From Tubulanus polymorphus (Eukaryota; Animalia; Nemertea), in the NCBI RefSeq assembly GCF_964204645.1, contig NC_134028.1, positions 13,833,653 to 13,897,652 of the forward strand: a stretch of DNA of 64,000 nt, read 5' to 3'. A program made the position numbers and the translations under genes. Below are positions 12,895 through 25,112 of this stretch, piece after piece. Within the stretch, counting starts at the first letter, position 1. Each line of letters opens with the position of its first letter. The notes beneath the pieces are model-generated. The model was not told the DNA's origin and ran no database searches. It saw only the letters and a list, made by a program, of their open reading frames with translations.

Positions 12895-13046
12895 AGTAAT
12901 GGGGAATGTGTTGTTCTAGATCAAAGGTCGAGAGGTCGAGTGAGTAAAAAATGAAAAATAAATTCTTGCACACTCGAATTAATTTTTCATTTTTTACTCA
13001 CTCGACGTCTAAACCTTTAATCTAGAACAACACATTCCCTATTACT
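12895..13046 (+). repeat. Left hairpin terminus of copy C
   Basis: AGTAATGGGGAATGTGTTGTTCTAGA...TCTAGAACAACACATTCCCTATTACT, loop ttgcacactc. Confidence 0.92.
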
Positions 13047-13105
13047 CTTAGAATATTAATCTAATAACTTCTAAAATCAATTTTAATAAAAGATATGTTA
13101 TAAAA

Positions 13106-13460
13106 ATGGAGAGTAGTAAACAAGTACACAGTGAGAACAACAAATCATTTCTAGATAGAATTAAAGATATCACAAATGCTAAATCAGTAGCTTATAAATT
13201 TAAGAAGTTAACAGAATTAACAATTCATAAGAAATATTTAATTACAAATATTGATACAGTTACTAACAAATATGGAGATAAATTAGTTATACACTTAGAA
13301 TATGAAGGATTAAAAGGAAATAAATATAAATTCGGAACATATTTACCATAGATTTCATAGATTATCTAGCGAAGATTTAGAAGAATTATGTTCTGGTGAT
13401 TTCTATTTCATATATAAGGGGAAGATTGAAAAAGGGCACCATGAATTAGATTTCGAATAA
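13106..13460 (+). pseudogene. Polinton ORF1 (~117 aa, unknown function) inside left TIR
   Basis: Matches intact 60936-61289; frameshift after YLP. Inverted copy at ~37365-37725. Confidence 0.8.
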
Positions 13461-13480
13461 TATAAAAATATGTAAAATAA

Positions 13481-13938
13481 TTGCAAGATAAATTAAAAGA
13501 ATATAGAAGATTTGTTGATTCTAGAAAACTGTTAAATTCTAAATCTCATAATTTACTAGTACAATTAGATAGAGAATTTAAGAATTGTGTAGATTTAAAA
13601 TTAGTAAATGTAAGTTTATGTAATTCTTTTTATAATATATCGGATAAAACTTTCGAACATAGAGGGTTTATGATTTATATGAGAAATAAAAATAAATGGT
13701 ATCATCTATTTTTAAAACCAGGATTATATAATTTAGAATCATTAGCGCAGGAAATTAATAGAAGAGCTCGGTTGAAAATCTGAATTTGAAATTGAATTTA
13801 ATAAAATTGATAGTTCTAATAAAATAAGAATAAAGATAACTAATGATCAACATAAATTTATGGTTAACAAACCAGTAGCTAAAATGTTAGGAATTAAACC
13901 GCATGTTGTTATTGGAAACGCAGAAGGTAGCTCAAATA
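13481..13938 (+). pseudogene. Minor capsid gene of copy C, 5' part (3' part 20546-20833)
   Basis: ...GNAEGSSN stops at the BEL junction. FYIYCNLIDPTK resumes after 20545, matching GSSNIIPFTHFYIYCNL of copy E. Confidence 0.75.
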
Positions 13939-15226
13939 GCCAGTCTAATATGAGTAATGATTCGACATTTAATAGCGTACTGAGCGTCGGACTCGGATCA
14001 CCTCAGTCTACTGATAGTGGACAACCAGAGATTCAGTCATTAAAAGTTGATTTACCGGTGAAGGATGTTAGTCAAAACTTTTCGAGTATTAATAAGTCGT
14101 CGTGTAGTAATGTTCTACTTAAAACTGCGCTAGCTCCGGTCAGTAACGGAAGTGATAATTCGTTTTCTCATAATGCGAATATTATGCTGGATGATGGATC
14201 TCAGCGTACTTTCATTACGACACAGTTGGCCGCTCAGTTAAAATTATCGCCTATAGGGAAAGAAAATCTAAACGTTTCTACATTCGGTAACACGGATTAT
14301 GTTTCGAGAGAGTGTGATTTAGTTTAATTACATTTACATTGTGTAGATAAATCGTATTTATCTATTCGTGCATTGGTTGTTCCGCATATAACCAATCCAG
14401 TGTTCGTGGCTGACTGTACGAATATTAACAATATACAGTCACATGGATTAAAGTTAGCTCATCCGTTGACAGAACCTACGGGTCGATTCGATATATCGCT
14501 TTTGATTGGTGCAGACCAGTATTATGACATTGTGACCGATGAAGTTATTCGATTTGACGACTGTAACACTGTCGCAGTGGGTTCGAAACTCGGATTTATA
14601 TTAGCTGGACCAATATGTTCGTCTACGTGGGATTCTACGCCGTCAGTTATGATTGTGAACACTGAGAATCAATTACTTGAAAGTTTCTGGTCGTTGGAGT
14701 ATATTGGAATACACGATAAAATCTGTCCGACCAAGGATGTTCTATCAGATTATGTTGATACAGGATTAATAGGGGTAATGGGCTTTCAGGCCAAAGGTCG
14801 AAGGGTCGAGCTCATAAAAAATGAAAAATATGAAAATAATAACAATTTCTACTTGAATTAGTCGCGAAACTCATAAAAAATGAAAAATAATTCTCACACA
14901 CTCGAATTTATTTTTCATTTTTACTCGCTAGAAAAAAGTGTGAGTAAAGTGTGAGTGAAATAAATTCGAGCGTGTGAGAATTATTTTTCATTTTTTATGA
15001 GTTTCACTCCTAATTCAAGTAGAAATTGTTATTATTTTCATATTTTTCATTTTTTATGAACTCGACCATTCAACCTTAAACCTGAAAGCCCATTACCCCT
15101 ATTACTCTTAAAATATTCATATACATGAATAAAATATATATGAATAACATATAAATTGATAGATTATTCAATATAAAAGTGTGAGTGAAATAGTTCATAT
15201 TAAAAACAGTGAATATTTATATTTGA

Positions 15227-15874
15227 ATGAGTTTTAATAAAAATTTTGTTATAAAAATGAAGAAAGAAGAAGAACCCAACTTTAAAATCGAAATCAATGA
15301 AACCAATAAATCATTTTCACAGTTTTACATTAAAAATTATATTTCAGCGACAAATTTAGTGTCCGCAAGGTATTATAAAATTGAAAATATTACTGTAATT
15401 AATCAAATATTATCAAATGAAACATATTTAATTACTAAACTAGTAGATACTTTTGATAATGGTGTTAAAAATCCTAAAGTATTCAATACAGTTTTAAATT
15501 TTAAAGGAACTTTAGATGAAAACATAATTAATATTCTTAAAACTCCTTTCAATGAAAGAAATGATGATATACTACTTTCAAAAGATTACAATGATTTGAT
15601 TAACTTAAGAATTGAAAAAAGACAATTATATTATTTCAATTTTGATAATAAACAAATTATCTATAATGAAAATTCATCAAATATTGGAATTCAATGTGAA
15701 TTAGATAATGAAAAATCATATAAAGATATTGCAGTCCAATGTAATTTAGATGATGAATTTAGAAAATTCAATCCTAATGAAAAAGTGCATTGTTATTGCG
15801 GAGGTATATATTTAAAATCACATAAATCAAAGCATTATGAAACAATTAAACATACAAACTGGCGTAAAGAGTAA
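15227..15874 (+). CDS. Hypothetical protein with C-terminal zinc-finger-like motif
   Basis: Open 215-aa frame; HCYCGGIYLKSHKSKHYETIKH. The TTTTAATAAAA motif before the ATG at ~15257 suggests that as the real start. Confidence 0.6.
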   Translation: MSFNKNFVIKMKKEEEPNFKIEINETNKSFSQFYIKNYISATNLVSARYYKIENITVINQILSNETYLITKLVDTFDNGVKNPKVFNTVLNFKGTLDENIINILKTPFNERNDDILLSKDYNDLINLRIEKRQLYYFNFDNKQIIYNENSSNIGIQCELDNEKSYKDIAVQCNLDDEFRKFNPNEKVHCYCGGIYLKSHKSKHYETIKHTNWRKE

Positions 15875-15935
15875 CAATTATACATTATAATTATTGAATT
15901 GAGTTAAATGATTTAAATATCTAATAAAAGTTAAA

Positions 15936-16330
15936 ATGATAAATTGTTTGACAGTTGAAATGATAAATTGTTTGACAGTTGAAATGATAAATTGTTTGAC
16001 AGTTGTAATGATGAATTGTTTGACAGTTGAAATGATAAATTGTTTGACAGTTGAAATGATAAATTGTTCGACTGTTGAAATGATAAATTGTTTGACAGTT
16101 GAAATGATAAATTGTTTGACAGTTGAAATGATAAATTGTTTGACAGTTGAAATGATAAGACGGCTGAAATGATAAATTGTTTGACAGTTGAAATGATAAA
16201 TTGTTTGACAGTTGAAATGTTAAATTGTTTGACAGTTGAAATGATAAATTGTTTGACAGTTGAAATGATAAATTGTTTGACAGTTGAAATGATAAATTGT
16301 TTGACAGTTGAAATGTTAAATTGTTTGGCT
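15936..16330. repeat. 24-bp tandem repeat (about 16 units)
   Basis: Unit atgataaattgtttgacagttgaa, head-to-tail with no spacers. Confidence 0.95.
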
Positions 16331-16451
16331 GTAAATTTAATTGTTATTTGATTGATTCATTTAAAAGTTTAATATTTTTAAAATGATTATAAAATATTTA
16401 ATTAAAAACTAGCAAATATTTTATAAACTGTTTAATTTTTCTCTTAAATAA

Positions 16452-16670
16452 ATGGATGGTTTCATCCCAACTGGGAAAAGTGATTTGAAACATTATTTAG
16501 TAGCAGGCGGATTAATATTGGCTGCGCTTTTCTTTTATTATGAAAATATCAGTAAGGATTTGATTTATGAAAATATAAAATTGAGCAAGAAATTAAAGAA
16601 GTTAAATGGAAACAATCACAGAAATAAAAAGAATAAAACAGTTAATGATTTAAATGATTTGGAGGATTAA
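16452..16670 (+). CDS. Small single-pass membrane protein
   Basis: TAAATG start. Hydrophobic YLVAGGLILAALFFYY followed by a basic tail. Confidence 0.5.
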   Translation: MDGFIPTGKSDLKHYLVAGGLILAALFFYYENISKDLIYENIKLSKKLKKLNGNNHRNKKNKTVNDLNDLED

Positions 16671-16717
16671 AACAACATCTTTTAATTTAATTTATTCTAT
16701 ATATTTTGTCTATAAAA

Positions 16718-17023
16718 ATGAGTGAAAATAAGGTATTAGAAATATTACATCTAATATATAAAAATCAACAGAATATTAAATCAATTATTATGATTTCAGG
16801 TTTATTTTCATTCTCAGTTTATACTATAAAACAGTTGTTAGAATTCTATGATTGCTGTAAAATTAGATACACTGAATTAGTAGAAAATATGAATTATATT
16901 TCAGATAGATTGAATAATATTAAATGCTGTGAAATATGCAATAAAAGATATAAAACTAAAAAGAGTTTGAGAAATCACATGTATATTCATGAACTTGATG
17001 AAAAATTATATGAATCAAAATAA
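16718..17023 (+). CDS. Small protein with hydrophobic segment and C2H2 zinc finger
   Basis: CEICNKRYKTKKSLRNHMYIH fits C2H2 spacing. Confidence 0.6.
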   Translation: MSENKVLEILHLIYKNQQNIKSIIMISGLFSFSVYTIKQLLEFYDCCKIRYTELVENMNYISDRLNNIKCCEICNKRYKTKKSLRNHMYIHELDEKLYESK

Positions 17024-20000
17024 GAAATCGACTGTTAAATTAGCTGAAAATATAAAATATATTAGTTGAAATGTATGAAAATGAGTAAATTATATTTACG
17101 TTAAAAAAGGGGGTTGAGGTATCAATGTATCAAATACGTATTAAATACGTATCAAATACGTATTAATGGTATTAAATACGTATTAATGGTATTAAATACA
17201 TATTATGCTTTATTTCTGAAAATGAAGTAACAGAAGTAATTTATGTTTTAATTCATTCAAGTATGATATTTTAAATTCTTTACATTTGACTAGGATAATA
17301 CAAGAGTGATATTAGTTAGTTGGCTTATTCAATAAGAGAAACAATGGAATAATACAAGATTGATACTAACAGTTAAAGTTATTGAATTTCTTGTTAAATC
17401 TATTTGAATTTTAGTCAATTCTTGTTAACCAATAGCGCGAATAGAAATCAAAAAGATTTGAATAAAAAAACAATAAGTTAAATAAGTTAGTATTAGATAA
17501 AGTAACTTATTGTTTTTTTATTTAAATCTTTTTGATTTTGATCTTTTAAAGCTGAAATCATAATAATTGATTTAATATACGGTTGATTTTTATATATTAG
17601 ATGTAATATTTCTAATACCTTATTTTCACTCATTTTTATAGACAAAATATATAGAATAAATTAAATTAAAAGATGTTGTTTTAATCCTCCAAATCATTTG
17701 AATCATTAACTTTTTTATTCTTTTTATTTCTGTGATTGTTTCCATTTAACTTCTTTAATTTCTTGCTCAATTTTATATTTTCATTAATCAAATCCTTACT
17801 GATATTTTCATAATAAAAGAAAAGCGCAGCCAATACTTTTTTCTAGCAAGTAAAAATGAAAGATAAATTCGAGTGTGTGAGAATTATTTTTCATTTTTTA
17901 TGAGTTTCGCGACTAATTCAAGTAGAAATTGTTATTATTTTCATATTTTTCATTTTTTATGAGCTCGACCCTTCGACCTTTGGCCTGAAAGCCCATTACC
18001 CCTATTACTTACAGGTATTCAACTGCGCGATGGGAAATATAATGCGAAATTCCCATGGGAGGATTCTCATCCGGAACTTCCTACTAATCGTTTCATTGCT
18101 GAGAAACTTACTCGTAGTACCGTTCGTAGACTTGGTAAGAAACCCGATTTATTAGCGAAATAGCACGAAATTATGATGGATCAGTTGTCTCGGGATTTTA
18201 TAGAACTTGTTGACTTGGATAAGCCGGTATCTGATAAAGAGCATTATATAGCACACCATTGCGTATTCAGAGATAGTGCTACTACGCCCACACGAGTAGT
18301 TTTTAACTGTTCTTGCTGTTCTGGGAAAGACAAACCGTGTCTTAATGACTGCTTGGAGTCCGGGCCTCCGTTGTTGAATAATATTACGTCGATTTTACTC
18401 CGTTTTCGTACCGGTTACTATGGATTTTCTTCGGATATCGAAAAGGCGTTCCTTAATATAGCTTTAGAAGAAGAGGATAGAGATTCGACACGCTTTTTCT
18501 GGTTGAGTGACCCTACTGATGTAGAAAGTGACTTTGTCGTGTATCGTTTTTAGTCTGTGTTATTCGGTGCGTCGAGCTCGCCTTTTATTTTAAACGCGAC
18601 CCTGTTGAAACACTTAAGTTTACAGAATGCTGATAACGCAACCGTGCATGACGATATTAAAGAGTCGTTATATGTGGATAACGTTATATCAGGAGCAGAT
18701 ACTATCAGTGAATCGATTGAACATTATAAAGCTTCGAGAAGTATTATGTCTGATAGTGGATTCAACATTCGTTCGTGGTCATCTAATTGCGATGACGTTA
18801 CTAGATTAGCTGACTCTGATGGAGTATTAGAAAAGAGTACTGAAGTCAGTGTTCTCGGCCTTCGATGGAATACCGTTAGTGACATGTTGTCATTGAATCG
18901 AAAAACTGTGGTACAAGACTCTCAAGATCTAGTTACGAAACGGAATATTCTTCATTCGTCTGCAACTATGTACGATCCTATTGGATTTCTATCACCGTTA
19001 CTTATCACCGCTAAGACTTTGTTACAATACATTTGGCGAAAAGGTTATGATTGGGATGATAAGTTACCGCCCGATTTTGAAGATCGCTGGAACAAGATTA
19101 AGTCAGATATTCAAAGCGCGTCTTTGGTAATACCGAGGAGATATTTTGATCGACCTATTGACTCTGAGTGTACGATTCATGTTTTCGGCGATTCTTCGCA
19201 AACGTCTTGTGGAGCTGTGGCGTATATAGTGAATAACAATGATGTGTCGTTTCTGATGTCTAAATCGAAAGTTGCTCCAGTCAAGCCGATAACTATTCCA
19301 AGACTAGAACTGTTAGCATCGCTAGTTACTGCAAGATTAGCCGATCATTTAATGTCGAGTTTAAAATCGAGAATTCCGAGATTGAATTGCGTTTTATGGT
19401 CTGACAATCAGGCTGTTCTCACGTGTCGCCTCATAATATGAAATTGGATAGATTTGTTTCGAATCGTATCGCGGAGATTAAACGTTTGACTGGTAATTTT
19501 CAATGGAGATATTGCCCGTCGAGTGATAACCCCTCTGACATTGTATCACGAGGATCGAATCTACGATGATTGCTGGATTCGAAGCTGTGGTGGCATGGAC
19601 CGGAATGACTACCTAATGAAGAACTTTGGCCTAAGTGGACAATATCAAATAATAGTCGGGATAGTTGTGAAATTCCCAGTACTGAAGATTGTTTTCTGAG
19701 TACAAATAGTGTGGTATCGATACCCGAGTCTGGATTATCTGTTGTTATAGATATGAGTCGATACTCATCACTAAATAGACTTAAGTGTATTACAGCTTGG
19801 ATATATCGTTTTATTAACAACGTTAAGGATAAAACTAACCGTAAAACTGGAGGTTTGACAGCTCGTGAGCTTAAATTCGCGAAACTTCAGTGGATGAAGG
19901 ACAGTCAGAGAGCTTCATATAGTACTGTTTTATCAGATTTAGTAAATGGTCGTAAGTCTAAACAACAGATTGTTGGACAACTACAGTTAAGACTAGATGA

Positions 20001-20307
20001 TAATTCGTTAATTCGTGTTGGCGGTCGTATTGATAACTCTACTATGGCTGATTCGGCTAAGTTTCCGATTCTGTTGCCAAAGAATCATTTCAAGGAGTTA
20101 TACGTTCGAGCTAATCATATAGATTGTGTGGAACATTTAGCTACAAATTCCACTAAAGCTGCTATTGAAGCTAAAACTTAGTGAAATAAAGTAAAGAATT
20201 AGTGAAATACTTAAGATGGACTAGCTGTTCAGTAAAATTAAGTTGTGGATTAAAACTTTCATTATCTTTATATGTGTGTTTAAGTTAACATTTTCTCCCC
20301 GGGAGGA

Positions 20308-20545
20308 TGTCGGGGATTTGTGTAAGGGTTAATTACAGCTAGGGGGTTAACGTTCTGTTTGGCTGGTCAGTGTACAGGTGGATGCACGCTGGCTATTGGT
20401 CAGTTGTGACAATTGGGTCATGGGCTTGGTCAGTCTTTATATCAATGTATTTTAGAGTATAAGTTTGGTTGGCAAATAAAGTGTGTGGAGATCACACAGA
20501 CATTTATATTGAACCACGTCTTGACTTCTAATAGATTTACCCACA
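20308..20545 (+). repeat. 3' LTR of BEL/Pao element
   Basis: Purine tract gggagga immediately before TG at 20308; internal AATAAA; ends CA; Polinton sequence resumes after it. Confidence 0.7.
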
Positions 20546-20848
20546 AAAACCTTGTACATAATTTTATATTTATTGCAATTTAATTGATCCTACAAAAACA
20601 TTTGAAGCAACTAAAGATACAATTTGTAATTCTAGTATATTAAATATTCTACCACTAAAAAATGTTAACAATTTGGAACGCAAATAAATTATAATTTAGC
20701 TGAATGATATTTCACACCATGCATTCCACATTTCAATAATTTCAAATTAGAAATAAGAAATCATAATAGTTATTTAATAGATTTGAATAACTTTCCTGTA
20801 ATTTATGAATTAGTTTTAAGATGTAAAGAATAATTTTTCACTGTATAA

Positions 20849-22310
20849 ATGAATATAACTGTTGGACCGTGTATATGTTTTGGATTTCATTTTAAACGTG
20901 AGAAAGAAATGATATTTAACATTAATGATGTTACTCATATCAAAAATATTACAATTTTTAATGAAACAACATTTGAATATGAAACAACAACAAATAAAGA
21001 AACTTTTAATGTAGAAAAGATTACTGATTTAATTAGAGAGCCATTAAGATTTTATGAATTAGATGAAGATTTCATTATTGATGATATTAAACAAATAATA
21101 ACTGAAATATATGATAATCATAAAAGTAGTAATGAAATAAATGTTGAAATAATCATAAATAAGATAACTAAATATTTTGATAGTAATTGTTTTGATAAAT
21201 AAATTAGTGATAATAAGTGGATAATAACTGGTTTATATAATGGAGCATTATTATCAGTGGGAACTGTTGGTTATTCAATGGTATTAAAAAAGTATTCAAA
21301 ATGGGAAGTGTTAATGTTGATAGATTTGATATCAATGATATTTTAAAATTAACATTAGCAGTGACTTTATCTACTTTAACAATTGATTATTTAGAAAAAC
21401 AAAAATATATTCCTCCTATATAAATGCGTAATTTTTTTGTTAAATAAATGGCATCTGCAATAATAACTATTATAGGATCGGCAATTGATAACGCTTTAGC
21501 ATTTACAGGTGGTGGTTATTCATTTAAACATATTGATTAAAAATCAGAACAAAAAAGACACAACTTATCGTTAGAAAAATATAATAAAGCAGCAGAAGAA
21601 TATAGAGAAAATAGACATTATATGGATTATATTAATAAAGAATTATATAATCAGAACATTTCACACCGAGATTTTCAATCAATCGATGAAGCTATGAGTT
21701 TATATAACGCTTTAACAAATCGTGAAAAATTACATCTATATAAACCTAAATTATCAGATTATTATACCCCAAATAATGAACAGAAGAAATATGAAATAAT
21801 CTGGATTTTAGGTGGAACAGTTATTGTATTATTTGTTGCTTATAAATTTACTAATAACTAATTTCTATTCTAAATAAATGGATGATAAAGTTGATAATAA
21901 TGATATTATTCCTCATGATATAAATAAGACGAAATTAAAAATATATTTAGAAAAACAAATATTAGAATTTGAAAATGACTTAAAGATAAAAAAGAAAAAA
22001 TATTTAAAATCTAAAATTATATATTATTTTATTATTAGGGGTTCAGTTACAATTAGTTCTGTAATAACATTTCTAGCAAAATTCTCACCATTAACCCCTT
22101 TAGTTATATCAATTGGCGTGCTTGAATTATCATCAAGTGTATTAACCGGAATAAGTTCAAAATTAAATATAAAAAGTAATAAAGAAAAAATTAAAACTAA
22201 TATAAAAGAAGTCAATAACCTAAAAAATACATTAGACTATATATTAAGTTTAAATGGTAATATAACAGTTAAAGAACAGGATAAATAATTAAAAGAATTA
22301 ATAAATTATT
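20849..22310 (+). pseudogene. Polinton ORF3-ORF6 block, copy C (ORF4-6 hydrophobic)
   Basis: Homologues of 59952, 59567, 59120 and 58682 in copy E, with stops and frameshifts. Confidence 0.75.
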
Positions 22311-22328
22311 AATTTTTTAATTATATAA

Positions 22329-23636
22329 ATGGGGTTTCCAAAAGCTTTCCAATATAATAAATCAATTAAATATAATACTCCTGCAAAAGATTTTAATAAA
22401 AATATTACATATAAAAATTTAGTTTTAGATTCATTAACTAATTTAGAAATTTATGTTACTGAAACACAGTTTTTTATTTCTAAAATGCAAAATATATTTA
22501 ATACATATGAAGTTACTTTTACTCGAGATGAATATCATATATATATAAAGTAAAATCTAATATGAAATATTGGGAGTATCAATTAAATCTTGCTGTTTAT
22601 TGAGCAACAACTGGCTGTGGTATAAGTTGGAATTATCATCTAAATAACTTAGATAAAAATTTGAATTATTCTGATTTAAAATTAATTCACACAATATTTA
22701 GATTTCACACGTGTTATCAAATCAGAATAATATTAAATGAATTAGAATGTCCTTTGCCCGGATCTAAATATTTTGAAGAATAGGATAATAATATTAATCT
22801 ATCTAAGTTTTACAAAATATGTAATGAATTAAGTATAAATATTAATTGCGATTTTAGAGCGCGTGGTAAATTACATGGTGTTGGTGAACAGTTTGAAATA
22901 AAAAGAATTGATTATATGCATAGAGTTAGTGCTTATCATAATTATAAAATTTATAATAATGATGGTTGGGTTTATTTTATTTTAGATGAATAGTGAAGGT
23001 TTTACTAAATCAGGTATACAAAGAATAAATCAATCTATTAGAATATATTCAATTTGTATTCTAGGTGCACAGGTTGAAACAAGATCCACCATAGTTGGAA
23101 ATGATAACACTTCATTTGACGCGCAGAAACAATTCAAAGTATTATTTGAAGATTCAATTCATAATGATAAAAGTAGATCGATTCCAGAAAACATTGTAAG
23201 ATATCAAAATTAGATAAATGTCATGTAAGATTAAATTATTGTATAGGCCCTAATCTATTAATCATTTCTGATGATTTAATATTAAAAATGGGAAATATAA
23301 TTTATTTTAATAATCTAATTAAGACTGCAACAAAAAATAATTCATTTGGATTAAATGATATAAATAAAAAGATTATTACTGCTCCAAAATTAATTGAAGG
23401 TGAAAAAATTAAAAAAACATATCCAATCAACTGAAACTAAAACTAAGAATATTAAATTAAATAATGATTCTTAAATAAAAGATTACAATACATCAGAAAA
23501 TATAAAAAGTGATATCATTCAACATGATATGATTAAAACTAATAATGATAATATGTCACATGAAAATACTAAATTAGCTATAACTTGTATAGGAATTGTA
23601 ATAGGAGAAATATTATATTTTAAATTTAAATTTATA
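22329..23636 (+). pseudogene. Polinton ORF7, copy C
   Basis: MGFPKAFQYN start; GFTKSGIQRINQSIR; C-terminal LAITCIGIVIG. Confidence 0.8.
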
Positions 23637-23644
23637 AGATATAA

Positions 23645-25092
23645 ATGGATGTAGAAGGTGGAGAAGCTTATGAAATGGGAGAAATGGGAAATAATAATGA
23701 AGGATATATTGATGATGATTATAATGATATATACTAATATTGATAATGATGATGGATCAGCGTATAATTCTAATTTAGCAGATAGTGGTTCTAAAGACCC
23801 ATCAACAGACGAGTTTGATAGAAGAACTAAATCGAGAATAAATGCTGAAAATGAAAATCCAGATTTAGTAAAATAAAATTTAGAATATAATGAATATATT
23901 TATAATTTCAAACCTATATTTGAAAAATCTGGATATAATATAAATGATAGAGGTGCTAGACCTTTAGTAAGAGAATTATAATCTTTAGATGAATATTACT
24001 ATCATTTGAAATATAATTATTATATTAATATCATTTAAAAAATATCACTTATCAAAATAAAATATTAGCAGAATCAACTTTGAGTAATTTAGAATCATCT
24101 AGAATTAAAAGAATAAGTAATAGTAATGAAATAGAAAATGTTACCGACACAGAAATAAATCAAAATAAAAGAGTATTTAAACAAAGAATTAATAAATTAT
24201 TTGAAACAATCAATAATAATTTAGAACCAGAAACAACTTCTGAACAGAATATAACTTTTAAAACTAGTAAACTTAAATCAAATAAAGTTCCAATTGAAAA
24301 ACTTTTACCGAAAGGATTACTTGACGCAACAGATCAAGAATTAGATGTATTTTCTGATAAAGCAATTAGAGAATTTATTAGTATAAGACTTGCATCTGAT
24401 AAAATTGTCCATGATAAAAGTATGAGATTTTAAAATTAGAACTTTAGAAAAAGATATAACTGATAAAATTAAAGAAATAGAACGATTCAAATTAGATAGA
24501 GATAATAAAGTTGTTGAAGAAATCGAATTTAAAAAAAGAAATGCATATTTAGAAAAAGAAAGAGATGATTTAGAATATAACATAGAATTTCAGAAAGAAG
24601 AAATTAAATAATTAAAAAAATCATATGATTATAATATTAATACATTAAAAGTTATTTTTTAAGATTTGTTGATAAAACCAGAATTCGGAAATATCATTGA
24701 AAAATAGAATAAAGTTATTATTTAAGTTAGAAGGTATAACAATTCTTTCAATTCTAACAGCTGTAACTATGATATTTACAACAATTGGTTTAGCCATATC
24801 AAATTCACTGAAATCTACACCAAATCCTAATGAACCGGATAAACCCGCAAATGATAATACTTCTATACAAGATAAAGTGAAAGATGGATTAAAGAAATTA
24901 GCAAAATATTTATGGGAACTATCTAAAAAATCTGCAGCAGCATTACCCGGAACTATTGCATCAATTGTTGGTTTTATATTAAAATCTGCTGGAAATATTC
25001 TTTACTTTGCTGCTGAACATATTAATTTGTTTTTAAATAGAGATGTAAGTGCTATTATTTTTGGATTAGTGAATATGAAAAAGAATAAATAA
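23645..25092 (+). pseudogene. Polinton ORF8: acidic/coiled-coil protein with C-terminal hydrophobic segments
   Basis: Fragments 23658, 24080 and 24697 (GITILSILTAVTMIFTTIGL, AAALPGTIASIVGFIL). Homologues at 2736-3385 and 56000-57360. Confidence 0.7.
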
Positions 25093-25112
25093 TTAATTTT
25101 TTTGTTAAATAA

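Larger units (their letters stand above)
14765..18009 (+). mobile_element. Non-autonomous mini-Polinton (3245 bp)
   Basis: 6-bp TSD TACAGG (14759-14764; 18010-18015). TIRs of ~175 bp A(G/T)TAATAGGGGTAATGGGCTTTCAGG. BEL frame DTG|IQLRDGKY rejoins on removal. Confidence 0.93.
13939..20545 (+). mobile_element. BEL/Pao LTR retrotransposon (5' LTR and most of gag lost, integrase deleted)
   Basis: Aspartic protease MLDDGSQRTFIT, LLIGAD. RT DIEKAF, FGASSSPF, LYVDN. Pao RNase H region HVFGDSS, KSKVAP..TIPRLEL. 3' LTR present. Confidence 0.93.

Noticed and set aside
2637-13046. Integron attC sites served by the nearby tyrosine recombinase
   Set aside because: The hairpins coincide with Polinton ends carrying 6-bp TSDs, and the YR belongs to a DIRS element.
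13860-14861. Novel capsid-protease fusion genes
   Set aside because: Read-through across insertion junctions (capsid/BEL and BEL/mini-element).
15936-16351. CRISPR array or MINCLTVE repeat proteins
   Set aside because: Units are contiguous with no unique spacers and there are no cas genes. The ORFs are a by-product of a stop-free 24-bp unit.
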